Source: Bdellovibrio sp. (GTDB taxonomy: Bacteria; Bdellovibrionota; Bdellovibrionia; Bdellovibrionales; Bdellovibrionaceae). Taken from it: a stretch of DNA of 64,000 nucleotides. A program made the position numbers and the translations under genes. Under the pieces are notes generated by a model. The model was given only the letters and a program-made list of their open reading frames with translations, had not been told where the DNA came from and did not search any database. The stretch is taken from positions 2,432,001-2,496,000 of the forward strand of contig JAKFCY010000002.1 in NCBI GenBank assembly GCA_036676395.1, given 5' to 3'. This document shows, piece by piece, positions 1 to 8,779 of this stretch (position 1 is its first letter; every line of letters starts with the position of its first letter).

Positions 1-852
1 TAACATCGCCCAGCTTTTTTCAAACATCGCATCATGCCACATCACGTGATCACGAGGAATTTTTGAATACATATTAATCGCGCCTTCAAAGTCTTTTTTC
101 TGATACATTGAGCGCGCAATACCCATCATAGCTGCTACTTTATTTGTATCAGTCACTTTGGCGTTATCACGAACATTTAACAGTTTTTTAAAAGTAGAGA
201 TCGCAAGTTCTGGTTGTTTAGCTTCAGCTTGCGCTAAGGCTAATTCATAAACTGCATTAAAATAATAGCGGCTTTGCGGGCCGACTTTAGCAAATGATTG
301 GGCTGCAGCGGCGAAATCGCCGTTAGCTGATTTGATTTCACCTAAACGGTAATAAAGCATTTCACGGTGCTGAGTCGGAACACTTGATACATCGATACGT
401 TGAATCGCATAGTTTAAAAGTGTTTCGTCGCCCAATCTATCAGTTACGATTAATAACTTTTCGATCGCCTGACGGGTAAAACGGCCATCGCCTGATTTAA
501 TTAAATCAACAAATTGAAATGCAGCCGTTTGATTTAAGTTCATTTCCATCAGCGCTTCACCTAAATATAGGCGTAATTGCGGACGTTCTGCCAATAAATC
601 CCTGCGTTTTGTTAAGGCGTATAAAGTGTTCGATGCAGCCTGATAATTTCCATTCTTAAACTGAGTGATCGCTGCCTGAATCTGATTACGTGCTCCAGAG
701 TTCTTAGAGTCTGAATACACTTTTGGCGAAGCTTTGCGCTGAAACGATTTCGGAATGGTTTTGGCTTTTTTAGTTTGAGCAAAAGCCACATCGCCTGTTG
801 TAAGTGCGATTGCAAGCGCCAGAAATACTGAGGTTGTTTTTAAATTAATCAT
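1..852 (-). CDS. Secreted TPR protein, GltC-like gliding-motility component (3' end truncated by the window edge)
   Basis: Not in the ORF track. ATG at 852 overlaps the TGA of the upstream OMP (ATGA). Reads MINLKTTSVFLALAIALTTGDVAFAQ (signal peptide), and the same frame reads YSKIPRDHVMWHDAMFEKSWAML at the window edge, a TPR-like helical pattern. It follows two myxobacterial-type OMPs. Confidence 0.65.
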   Translation of the reverse strand, partial: MINLKTTSVFLALAIALTTGDVAFAQTKKAKTIPKSFQRKASPKVYSDSKNSGARNQIQAAITQFKNGNYQAASNTLYALTKRRDLLAERPQLRLYLGEALMEMNLNQTAAFQFVDLIKSGDGRFTRQAIEKLLIVTDRLGDETLLNYAIQRIDVSSVPTQHREMLYYRLGEIKSANGDFAAAAQSFAKVGPQSRYYFNAVYELALAQAEAKQPELAISTFKKLLNVRDNAKVTDTNKVAAMMGIARSMYQKKDFEGAINMYSKIPRDHVMWHDAMFEKSWAML

Positions 853-1679
853 CTGTATGAAGCCTCCGGAAAGAAGAAACTGATTCCCGCTGACAAGACT
901 AAGTCATTATAATTGCTTTTTTCAGGGCTTCCTGAAGTTGCCGTAGCCACAGGAGTCGCAGAAAAAGTGTTAAAGCTGTAATCCCAGCGAAAGGCCATTG
1001 ATTTAGTGATCGCAAAAATTTGCCCTAAGCCAAAGTGAAAAGTGGCATTATTGCCTTCTTGAGAATTGGTTGCCGAAGTTCCGCCGCCTAAAGAAAAATA
1101 CATATCAAATGGGATAATCGTGTCATTTAAATTAGAGATTTTTCCGTAGATCGGACTCCATACAAGATCTAAACCTGTGTAGCTTTTAGTATAGATAAAT
1201 TGCTCAGCTAAAAGATTATGAGCTTCTTTAATCTCTTTAGTTGTTTCACGTTCACCGTTGGTCATAAACATTGAATTAATCTCTAAGCCTAATGTTTCAG
1301 TGAAGTTGTAACTTAAGTTAAGCTTTACACCCACATTGTTATACCAAGGCGTGTTTGTCATAACACTTCCACCGGCAAAAAACTGAAAACGCTGGGTTTT
1401 GGGCATAAATTTTTTCTGAATCACTGAAACTTCGCTAAATGGAGCCAGGCGATTTAAATCTGTTAAATTTTTCACGTCTACAGATTGCGCGTTTTGTTTT
1501 AACTGCGCCGGTAATTCTTCGTTAGTCGCAGGCTTAGTTTCTTTAACCGCTGGTTGATTCGAATAAACACCCTCAACGCTTACGATATCATCTTCATCTA
1601 AAGTTTGTTGTGCGTTTACGCTGACGCTGGAAAACATCGCGAAAAGAATTAATTTTGTAAAAATAGAATTAATTTTCAC
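849..1679 (-). CDS. Outer-membrane beta-barrel protein, myxobacterial GltA/GltB-like family
   Basis: Signal peptide; VSVIQKKFMPKTQRF and WSPIYGKIS motifs; C-terminal GISFFFP strand; paired with a paralogue. Confidence 0.75.
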   Translation of the reverse strand: MKINSIFTKLILFAMFSSVSVNAQQTLDEDDIVSVEGVYSNQPAVKETKPATNEELPAQLKQNAQSVDVKNLTDLNRLAPFSEVSVIQKKFMPKTQRFQFFAGGSVMTNTPWYNNVGVKLNLSYNFTETLGLEINSMFMTNGERETTKEIKEAHNLLAEQFIYTKSYTGLDLVWSPIYGKISNLNDTIIPFDMYFSLGGGTSATNSQEGNNATFHFGLGQIFAITKSMAFRWDYSFNTFSATPVATATSGSPEKSNYNDLVLSAGISFFFPEASYR

Positions 1680-1688
1680 TTTTCACTC

Positions 1689-2429
1689 CTAAAATAAATA
1701 GTTAAGACCAACTTCTAAATTGGTCGTAAAAGTTACACGTTCACTAAAGCGATCAAAAGCTGGAGCATTTGTATTTACAGTCCCGTTGGTTCCATCAGTC
1801 ATACCTGTTCCGCCACTGGCTTTGAAAAAAGGAATTGGCGCCTGATGCGCAAACAAACGAAGATCAGCTTTTAATGAAAAAGATTTGTTGAAGTAAAATC
1901 TTTCGCCAATACCCACAGCTATTGCGGGGTAAGATTTATGTTCGTAAGCCACCATTCCGGCAGCAGCAGATCCATAAATTGTCGTATTGATCACAGCTAA
2001 TTTAGAAAGTGATAACTTTCCATAATACGGTTTGAAGTTATAATCTAACAGAACGGTGCTTGTTGGTTTTGGTGCGCGGTTGAAATCAAGCCCGTTAGAA
2101 TCTTTTAAACCTTGGCCATCTTTTGAAAGACCTGCGCTGTTTTGACTGAATAATAAACCCAAAGAATGTAATTCAGAAAAATGGTAATTCGCAGCTACCC
2201 CAAATTTTGTGGTGTCATAAATTGGTTCTGTTAATGCATATCCACCAAAGATACCGACATCGATGCGGCCCTTAGTAGCTACGTTTCTGTTTTTTACACT
2301 TTGTGGGTGATCAAACACGGGGTAAACCGACTCTTGTGCAAGCTCATCCAATGGCACGTCGACCGGATCAGCAGCGTGTGCCAGGCTTGTAAATAAAAGA
2401 ATAAACATTATGTTTCTAATTAGCGTCAT
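1689..2429 (-). CDS. Outer-membrane beta-barrel protein, GltA/GltB-like paralogue
   Basis: Signal peptide, KPYYGKLSL motif, terminal GLNYLF beta-signal. Confidence 0.75.
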   Translation of the reverse strand: MTLIRNIMFILLFTSLAHAADPVDVPLDELAQESVYPVFDHPQSVKNRNVATKGRIDVGIFGGYALTEPIYDTTKFGVAANYHFSELHSLGLLFSQNSAGLSKDGQGLKDSNGLDFNRAPKPTSTVLLDYNFKPYYGKLSLSKLAVINTTIYGSAAAGMVAYEHKSYPAIAVGIGERFYFNKSFSLKADLRLFAHQAPIPFFKASGGTGMTDGTNGTVNTNAPAFDRFSERVTFTTNLEVGLNYLF

Positions 2430-2432
2430 GCT

Positions 2433-2963
2433 CTATTTTCCTTGCGCGCCTTCGGCACGACTTCCTTTAGAGTAAAAACCATATTTTAAAATAAAATCAC
2501 AAACTTCGCGAACAGCACCGTTACCAGCTGGGCGTTTAGTAACGTATTGCACACATTCCAAAACTTCTTCCATAGCATCAGGAACAGTCGCTGAAAACTG
2601 CACGGCATTTAAAATGGGAACATCAAAAAAATCGTCTCCCATATAGGCCATCTCTGAAGGTAAAATTCCTGATTGCTTTTGTAAGTCTTCAAACGGTGGC
2701 ATTTTATTCAAAGCACCCTCGTAGAGATATGAAATTCCTAACATTTTTACGCGCGCGCGCACATCGTCAGCCGTGGCGCCAGTGATGACTGCTACTTTGT
2801 AGCCGTTTTCTAAAAGCGCTTTAATTCCAACGCCATCACGAACAGAATAAATTCTTTTCCAGTGCCCGTCAGAATCCATCCACAAACGACAATCCGTTAA
2901 AATTCCGTCAACGTCTAAAACTAACATCTTAATATTCTTTAATTTTTGTACATCTATACTCAC
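2433..2963 (-). CDS. kdsC: Kdo 8-phosphate phosphatase (HAD family)
   Basis: LVLDVDGILTD motif I, RDGVGI, YMGDDFFD, GNGAVREVCD. Confidence 0.93.
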   Translation of the reverse strand: MSIDVQKLKNIKMLVLDVDGILTDCRLWMDSDGHWKRIYSVRDGVGIKALLENGYKVAVITGATADDVRARVKMLGISYLYEGALNKMPPFEDLQKQSGILPSEMAYMGDDFFDVPILNAVQFSATVPDAMEEVLECVQYVTKRPAGNGAVREVCDFILKYGFYSKGSRAEGAQGK

Positions 2964-3131
2964 TCTATCATTGTTAAAAATAAAACTGCGGGGGGCAACA
3001 CATGCGCAACATCCGCAACGACCTTAGTCCTGCGAACAAGAGTTATGTATCATTGTTTACGACTTCCACTAGACGATTGTCTGTTCTCCTATTTTTAATT
3101 CCCAATTTTCAGGGTTCTTGCAACAATCAAA

Positions 3132-3839
3132 ATGATCAGGAGAATCAACAACATGAATTTAAAAATCTCTGCACTAACAACGATTATGTTTCTATTTGGC
3201 GCAAGCTTTTCGCAGGCACAACAACTTAACGTGATTCAAGTTAAAGGTAATCGTGCCATCGTTGAAATTCAAACTGGCGAAAAATTAAAAGTTGGCGAAA
3301 GCTACGCTGTTGGTAAAGTCGATGGTGAAGTTTCGTTAGATCCTGTAGCTTCAGGCAAGGGTTCACGTAATTATTTAATCGGTTTGGATTTTGGATTTTC
3401 AAACACTAAAGTCGACACGGCAGGTGCACAATCTGTGATGGCCATTAGCACAGCTTTAAAATTCGGCTGGAATAAAAAACAGTACGAGTACGGGCCATTA
3501 GTGGTATTTGATTATTCAAAATCTGGCAGCTTAAAACCCTCATACACTTGGGGCGTGGGCGGCTTCGGCACTTACAACTTTCAACCCAATATTATCGGCA
3601 CAGATTTAATTTTTTCTGGTGATGCAGAATTTACTTTCGCGCAAACAAAACAAGGCGAAGCCGATGCATTTAACTCTATGGGCTTAACAGTCGGTCCATT
3701 CGCAAAATGGTACGGCATCAGCGATGACCACTGTATCCGCGGCGGCCTAGTATTCTCATGGGATCGCACCAGCCCCGCAACAGGCGACGTAACAACAACC
3801 GGCCTCCAAGCCGTCGTCGGCATCTCCACGTATTTTTAG
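3132..3839 (+). CDS. Secreted protein with C-terminal outer-membrane beta-barrel
   Basis: Signal peptide (true start possibly ATG 3153), alternating beta-strand pattern, terminal aromatic GISTYF. Confidence 0.65.
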   Translation: MIRRINNMNLKISALTTIMFLFGASFSQAQQLNVIQVKGNRAIVEIQTGEKLKVGESYAVGKVDGEVSLDPVASGKGSRNYLIGLDFGFSNTKVDTAGAQSVMAISTALKFGWNKKQYEYGPLVVFDYSKSGSLKPSYTWGVGGFGTYNFQPNIIGTDLIFSGDAEFTFAQTKQGEADAFNSMGLTVGPFAKWYGISDDHCIRGGLVFSWDRTSPATGDVTTTGLQAVVGISTYF

Positions 3840-3843
3840 GTAT

Positions 3844-3872
3844 TTAGGTAGGCCGTCCCTTTTTCGGGAGCG
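3844..3872 (+). repeat. Left REP-like inverted repeat of the RAYT locus (GTAG + imperfect hairpin)
   Basis: TTAGGTAGGCCGTCCCTTTTTCGGGAGCG is the exact reverse complement of 4609-4637. Confidence 0.92.
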
Positions 3873-3879
3873 ATGAGTT

Positions 3880-3916
3880 AAAAAAATCCGGCGAGCAGTT
3901 GTTTGTCGGATTTTTT
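3880..3916 (+). terminator. Hairpin with T tail, probable intrinsic terminator for the OMP gene
   Basis: AAAAAATCCGGCGAGCA-GT-TGTTTGTCGGATTTTTT; three G-U pairs on the + strand. Confidence 0.6.
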
Positions 3917-3958
3917 CGTTTTTAATTACTAACACTTAGGTTTTAAATCTTTCGAGAC

Positions 3959-3974
3959 TGGCTACAAACCTGCA
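3959..3974 (+). promoter_or_regulatory. sigma54-like -24/-12 promoter of the RAYT gene
   Basis: TGGC-N7-CTGCA with correct GG/GC spacing; predicted +1 near 3985, two nt before ATG 3987. Confidence 0.5.
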
Positions 3975-3986
3975 TCTTCGCTACAC

Positions 3987-4637
3987 ATGCCACGCAAACA
4001 CCTCATTCGAACTTGCGATTTTCCGTATCATGTTACCGCCAGATCTAATAATAAAGAGTTTTTTTATTTAGATACAAACTCTCTCTGGGATATTTTCATG
4101 GAGTCGATGGCCGAAGCAGAGAAACTATTTAACTGTCACTTTCATGCGTTTGTTCTAATGTCGAATCACTATCACTTACTTGTAAGTACACCTAACAGTA
4201 ATCTTGATATAGTCATGAATTATCTGCAACGCGAGATTGCACGCATGGCCAATAAAAAATCTTCGAGAATTAATCATTTCTTTGGAGGTCCTTACAAATG
4301 GACAACAATTTGTGAAGAGTCTTATTATTGGAATGCCTTAAAATATATTTTTAGAAATCCAATTAGAGCAGGATTATGTGAAAATGTTTTAAGCTATAAG
4401 TATTCATCATTGAACACACAACCCAAAAAATTTAATTGGCAGCTGACAGACTTTTTTAACAACCGGAATGTACAAATCAATCCCGATCTAGATTGGCTTA
4501 ACGAAGCTTATTTGAATGAAGTCGAAAACAAAATAAAAGCAGGACTCCGCAGAAGAGAGTTCCAAATACCCTGCGATGTGAATGGATATAGACCGGTTTT
4601 AGACATGCCGCTCCCGAAAAAGGGACGGCCTACCTAA
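3987..4637 (+). mobile_element. REP-associated tyrosine transposase (RAYT / Y1 HUH endonuclease)
   Basis: MPRK...YHVTARSNNK, AFVLMSNHYHLL (HUH), YIFRNPIRAGL (catalytic Tyr), YKYSS; flanked by inverted repeats. Confidence 0.9.
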
Positions 4638-4664
4638 TTTAAAAAGGGACGGCCTACCTAATTT
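4609..4664 (-). repeat. Right REP-like inverted repeat plus tandem 24-bp duplication
   Basis: 4609-4637 is the inverse of 3844-3872. AAAAAGGGACGGCCTACCTAATTT occurs at 4617-4640 and again at 4641-4664. Confidence 0.92.
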
Positions 4665-5631
4665 TCGCTGCAAGTAGATCTGGGTAGATTAGCATGCCCA
4701 CTGGTTGTAGTGGTTTGGCTGAGGTTTTGTCTAATACGATTAGCATTTGGATTCTGAATTGTTCCATTAAGAATAAGGCTTTTTCGGCTAGTTCGGCGGC
4801 GTCGATTGTTTTTGGGTTTGTCGACATCACATCTTTGGCTACAGCATTGAATGGATTTTGATTTTTTTCTAAGAAACGGCGGATATCACCGTCTGTGATG
4901 ATGCCAACTAAGTTTTGATTGGCATCAATTACGCCGGCAGCGCCGCGTACACTTTGATGAGTCATTTTAGTTAGAATGTCTTTCATTGTGGTTTCAGGCG
5001 TTACCATTGGTAGTGCAGCACCTGACTTCATGACTTCTTTTACTTTGAGAAGTTTTGCGCCTAGTGAACCTGCGGGATGAAATTCGGCGAAGTTTTCAGT
5101 TTTAAAACCGCGCATTTCTAATACTGACATCGCTAAAGCATCACCCATCGCAAGCATGGCTGTGCTTGAAGATGTCGGAGCTAAGTTCAACGGACAAGCT
5201 TCGCGTTCAACAGCGGTGCTAATCATCACTGTGGCGGCCTGAGCTAGCGAGCTTTCTGGTTTTCCGGTCATAGCGATCATTTTGATATCACGACGAGAAA
5301 TAAAATTAAGAACATGGTTTAATTCAGCGGTTTCACCACCGTATGAAAGCGCGATAACGATATCTTGATCGCTGATCACGCCTAAATCCCCGTGGCTTGA
5401 TTCTGCTGGATGTAAATAAAGAGCTGGCGTTCCAGTGCTGGAAAAAGTGCTCGCTATTTTTCTAGCGATTTGGCCGGATTTTCCGATCCCCGTCACAACG
5501 ACTTTTCCTTTGCAGGCTAAAACCATTTCAACAGCTTTTTCAAAATCAGCGTTTACTTTAGAAACTAAGTTTAAAACACTTTCGGCTTCTAATTTTAAAA
5601 CACTTTGCGCACGCTCAATAATTTTCGACAT
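4654..5631 (-). CDS. kdsD: Arabinose 5-phosphate isomerase (KpsF/GutQ; SIS + 2 CBS)
   Basis: VVTGIGKSG, HPAESSHGDLG, APTSSSTAML, FHPAGSLG, CBS motif GIITDGDIRR. Confidence 0.93.
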   Translation of the reverse strand: MSKIIERAQSVLKLEAESVLNLVSKVNADFEKAVEMVLACKGKVVVTGIGKSGQIARKIASTFSSTGTPALYLHPAESSHGDLGVISDQDIVIALSYGGETAELNHVLNFISRRDIKMIAMTGKPESSLAQAATVMISTAVEREACPLNLAPTSSSTAMLAMGDALAMSVLEMRGFKTENFAEFHPAGSLGAKLLKVKEVMKSGAALPMVTPETTMKDILTKMTHQSVRGAAGVIDANQNLVGIITDGDIRRFLEKNQNPFNAVAKDVMSTNPKTIDAAELAEKALFLMEQFRIQMLIVLDKTSAKPLQPVGMLIYPDLLAAKIR

Positions 5632-5633
5632 AA

Positions 5634-7265
5634 TTACTTTTTCTTTCCACTGCTGGCTTTTACGAAAGCCGAAAATAATGGATGTGGATCTAATGGCTTA
5701 GATTTAAATTCTGGATGGTATTGCACACCGATAAACCACGGGTGATTCGCATTTTCGATAATCTCAACTAAGTTACGTTCAGGATTAAGCCCTGTCGCAC
5801 GTAAACCGTTTTTATAAAATAAATCTAAGTATTTATTATTAAATTCAAAACGATGACGATGACGTTCTTGAATCATATTCTTTTTATAAACTCGTGCTGC
5901 CAATGATTTCGGAAATAATTTACAGTTAAATGCACCTAAGCGCATTGTGCCGCCCATATCAGTTAAGCCACGTTGTTCAACCATTGAATCGATAACAACA
6001 TTGCCGCCACGAGTACCTTCGCCGATAAATTCACGCGAAGTCGCATCATGTAAGCCACAAACGTTACGTGCAAATTCAATCGCTGCTAATTGCATACCGA
6101 AACAGATTCCGAAAAATGGAACTTTCTTTTCGCGCGCATACTGAATTGCCGTAATTTTACCTTCAACACCACGAGTACCGAATCCACCAGGCACCAAGAT
6201 ACCTGTAACATCACCTAACTGTGATTTTACATTCTTAGCATTTAATTTTTCTGAATCTACATACTTGATATCAATTTTTACCTGGTTAGCTAAAGCGCCG
6301 TGCACTAGTGATTCATGCAATGATTTGTATGACTCTTTAAGATCAACGTATTTACCAACAACAGCAATTTTAACAGTCGCTTTTGGGTTGTTCTGAATCT
6401 TAACGATTTTCTGCCAGCCAGAAACATTGGCTTTAGTTTTCTTTAACGCCAATCTTGCTACGATTAATTCATCTAAATGTTCGCTGTGTAATTTTAATGG
6501 CACTTCGTAAATTGATTTAGAATCTTGCGCTGAAATGACATGTTCTTTTTTAATTGAGCAGAATAGGCCGATTTTAGCTTTTAAGCTTTCGTCGATTTCT
6601 TTTTCACTGCGGCAAACTAAGAAATCTGGTTGTAAACCGATTTGGCGTAGCTCTTTCACCGAGTGCTGCGTAGGTTTTGATTTTAACTCACCGGCAACCG
6701 CGATGTAAGGCACATAAGTCACATGCACTAAGGCTGTATTGTTTTCACCTAAATCTAAACGCAACTGGCGAATAGCTTCAAAGAAAGGCTGGGCTTCGAT
6801 ATCACCAACAGTTCCGCCAATCTCAACAATCGCAATTTCTGAACCTTGAGCCGCTTCATAAGCACGAGATTTAATTTCATCTGTGATATGCGGAATAACT
6901 TGAACTGTTCCACCTAAGTAATCACCGCGACGCTCACGTGTAATAACTGAATCATAAATTTGACCAGCACTTACCGAGTTTGCACGTAATAACACGGCAT
7001 TCGTAAAACGCTCGTAGTGACCTAAATCTAAATCCGTCTCGGCACCGTCATCAGTTACAAACACTTCACCATGTTGTAACGGCGACATTGTACCCGGATC
7101 AACGTTTAAGTAAGGATCAAATTTCATGATCGTAACTTTAAAGCCGCGTGATTCTAATAATGAACCAAGACTTGCTGCTGTTAACCCTTTACCGATTGAA
7201 GAAACAACTCCACCGGTAACAAAGATAAACTTCTGGTTACGTTTTTTTGTTTTTGCCAATTTCAT
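5634..7265 (-). CDS. pyrG: CTP synthase
   Basis: [47 protein letters not shown]. Confidence 0.98.
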   Translation of the reverse strand: MKLAKTKKRNQKFIFVTGGVVSSIGKGLTAASLGSLLESRGFKVTIMKFDPYLNVDPGTMSPLQHGEVFVTDDGAETDLDLGHYERFTNAVLLRANSVSAGQIYDSVITRERRGDYLGGTVQVIPHITDEIKSRAYEAAQGSEIAIVEIGGTVGDIEAQPFFEAIRQLRLDLGENNTALVHVTYVPYIAVAGELKSKPTQHSVKELRQIGLQPDFLVCRSEKEIDESLKAKIGLFCSIKKEHVISAQDSKSIYEVPLKLHSEHLDELIVARLALKKTKANVSGWQKIVKIQNNPKATVKIAVVGKYVDLKESYKSLHESLVHGALANQVKIDIKYVDSEKLNAKNVKSQLGDVTGILVPGGFGTRGVEGKITAIQYAREKKVPFFGICFGMQLAAIEFARNVCGLHDATSREFIGEGTRGGNVVIDSMVEQRGLTDMGGTMRLGAFNCKLFPKSLAARVYKKNMIQERHRHRFEFNNKYLDLFYKNGLRATGLNPERNLVEIIENANHPWFIGVQYHPEFKSKPLDPHPLFSAFVKASSGKKK

Positions 7266-7277
7266 ATCTGTATCTCC

Positions 7278-8000
7278 CTACGATAGCATTTTTTCTAGTT
7301 TCGCCAAATCTTCCGGTGTATCCACTCCTTGGATTGGCTTTTTCACTGACAGAACTTTAATCTTCGCACCCAAATGCAGGGCGCGCAGTTGTTCTAAACT
7401 TTCAGCCTTTTCAATAGCTGATTGTTCGCTTGTACAAAATTTATTTAAAAAAGTTTTTGTGTAGCCGTATAAACCAATATGTTTTTCGCATACAGGAGTA
7501 CCGCTTAATTTTTCACGTGAATAAGGAATCGCAAAACGACTGAAATAAATCGCTTCGTTATTTGCATTCTTTATTACTTTAACCGCGTTCGGGTTTTCGA
7601 TATCTTCAACAGCAATTGGATGCGCAAGCGTTGCCATATCTAAACCAGGTTGATCGATAAACGCTTTTGCTAATAGATCAATGTATTCAGCGGTAATTTG
7701 TGGCTCATCCCCTTGGATATTTAAAATCACATCAAATTGTAAATCTTTGGTTGCTTCAAAAATACGGTCAGTCCCTGTCGGGCACTCTGGGCGAGTCATC
7801 AGAATATTTCCACCGCAAGCTGCGACTGCGTCAGCAATTCTTTGATCGTCGGTGGCTACATAAATTTCTTGAACTAATTTTGCAGACTTTGCGCCCTCGA
7901 CAACCCATTGAATCAACGGCTTGTCTTTTAATTTCACTAAAGGCTTACCCGGAAATCTCGTTGAAGCGTAACGAGCCGGAATAACTGCAATAATTTTCAT
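7278..8000 (-). CDS. kdsB: CMP-Kdo synthetase
   Basis: IPARYASTRFPGKPL, NIQGDEP, ESLEQLRAL, VDTPEDL. Confidence 0.96.
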   Translation of the reverse strand: MKIIAVIPARYASTRFPGKPLVKLKDKPLIQWVVEGAKSAKLVQEIYVATDDQRIADAVAACGGNILMTRPECPTGTDRIFEATKDLQFDVILNIQGDEPQITAEYIDLLAKAFIDQPGLDMATLAHPIAVEDIENPNAVKVIKNANNEAIYFSRFAIPYSREKLSGTPVCEKHIGLYGYTKTFLNKFCTSEQSAIEKAESLEQLRALHLGAKIKVLSVKKPIQGVDTPEDLAKLEKMLS

Positions 8001-8002
8001 TA

Positions 8003-8593
8003 CTATTTAATCCATTCCTTATAAATGTAGTCTTCCATAACGTCGTAACCTTGTTCTTTGGTACTTGATACTGGAAATAATTTATCCGTATGCGCATGCG
8101 CCTTGATAGCCGCTAAACGCTCTTTTAATTCTTTTTGATTTAAACGATCGATCTTAGTCATCGCTACAACAACCGGAAGACCTACTTTGTTCGCAAAACG
8201 CATTAACATTTTTTCTTCGTCTTCCCAGTCACGGCGAACATCCATAACCAGAACTAAACCAACTAATTCATCACGCTCATCAATATAAGTTTCAATCGCT
8301 TGCGTCCATTCACGAATTTCATCACCACTTCGCGAAGCGAAGCCGTAACCTGGCATATCAACTAAGACATAACTTTCGCCAAAGCTGAAAAAATTAATCA
8401 AACGAGTTTTACCCGGAGTATTACTGACTTTTGCTACATCAGAACCAGAAATAGCATTAATTAACGAAGATTTACCGGCGTTGGATCTTCCAACGAAGGC
8501 GACTTCTTTTTTCTTATGTACGGGATAATCAGCGGGCAAGAAGGCACTCTTGATATAGGTGACTTTGTGCTTTTTCTTTTGTTTTACGGGCAT
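8003..8593 (-). CDS. engB: Ribosome biogenesis GTPase YihA/YsxC
   Basis: GRSNAGKSSLIN, PGKTRLINFF, DMPGYG, TKID. Confidence 0.95.
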   Translation of the reverse strand: MPVKQKKKHKVTYIKSAFLPADYPVHKKKEVAFVGRSNAGKSSLINAISGSDVAKVSNTPGKTRLINFFSFGESYVLVDMPGYGFASRSGDEIREWTQAIETYIDERDELVGLVLVMDVRRDWEDEEKMLMRFANKVGLPVVVAMTKIDRLNQKELKERLAAIKAHAHTDKLFPVSSTKEQGYDVMEDYIYKEWIK

Positions 8594-8715
8594 GGTCTAT
8601 ATTATGACCTTTTAATTAATTTCTCAAATCTTAGATTTTCTTTGTCCATTTTTTTAAAAATTGGAATCCCCTAAACTCTACTCAAATATAAGCCATTTTA
8701 AGACTCTTCCCCCCC

Positions 8716-8731
8716 TGGCTTAGCCTTTGAA
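8716..8731 (+). promoter_or_regulatory. sigma54-like promoter upstream of the FHA-bEBP
   Basis: TGGC-N7-TTGAA (GA instead of GC at -12). Confidence 0.4.
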
Positions 8732-8779
8732 ATAAGCCACTAAGATAGCCATAGACAAGAACTTCAAAGGGGAACTGAA

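Noticed and set aside
3844..4637. Classical DDE insertion sequence with terminal inverted repeats and target-site duplication
   Set aside because: The enzyme is HUH/Y1, and the duplications are tandem on each side rather than one direct repeat flanking the element.
4617..4664. Mini CRISPR array
   Set aside because: Two adjacent 24-bp copies with no spacer and no cas genes; explained as duplication of the REP end.
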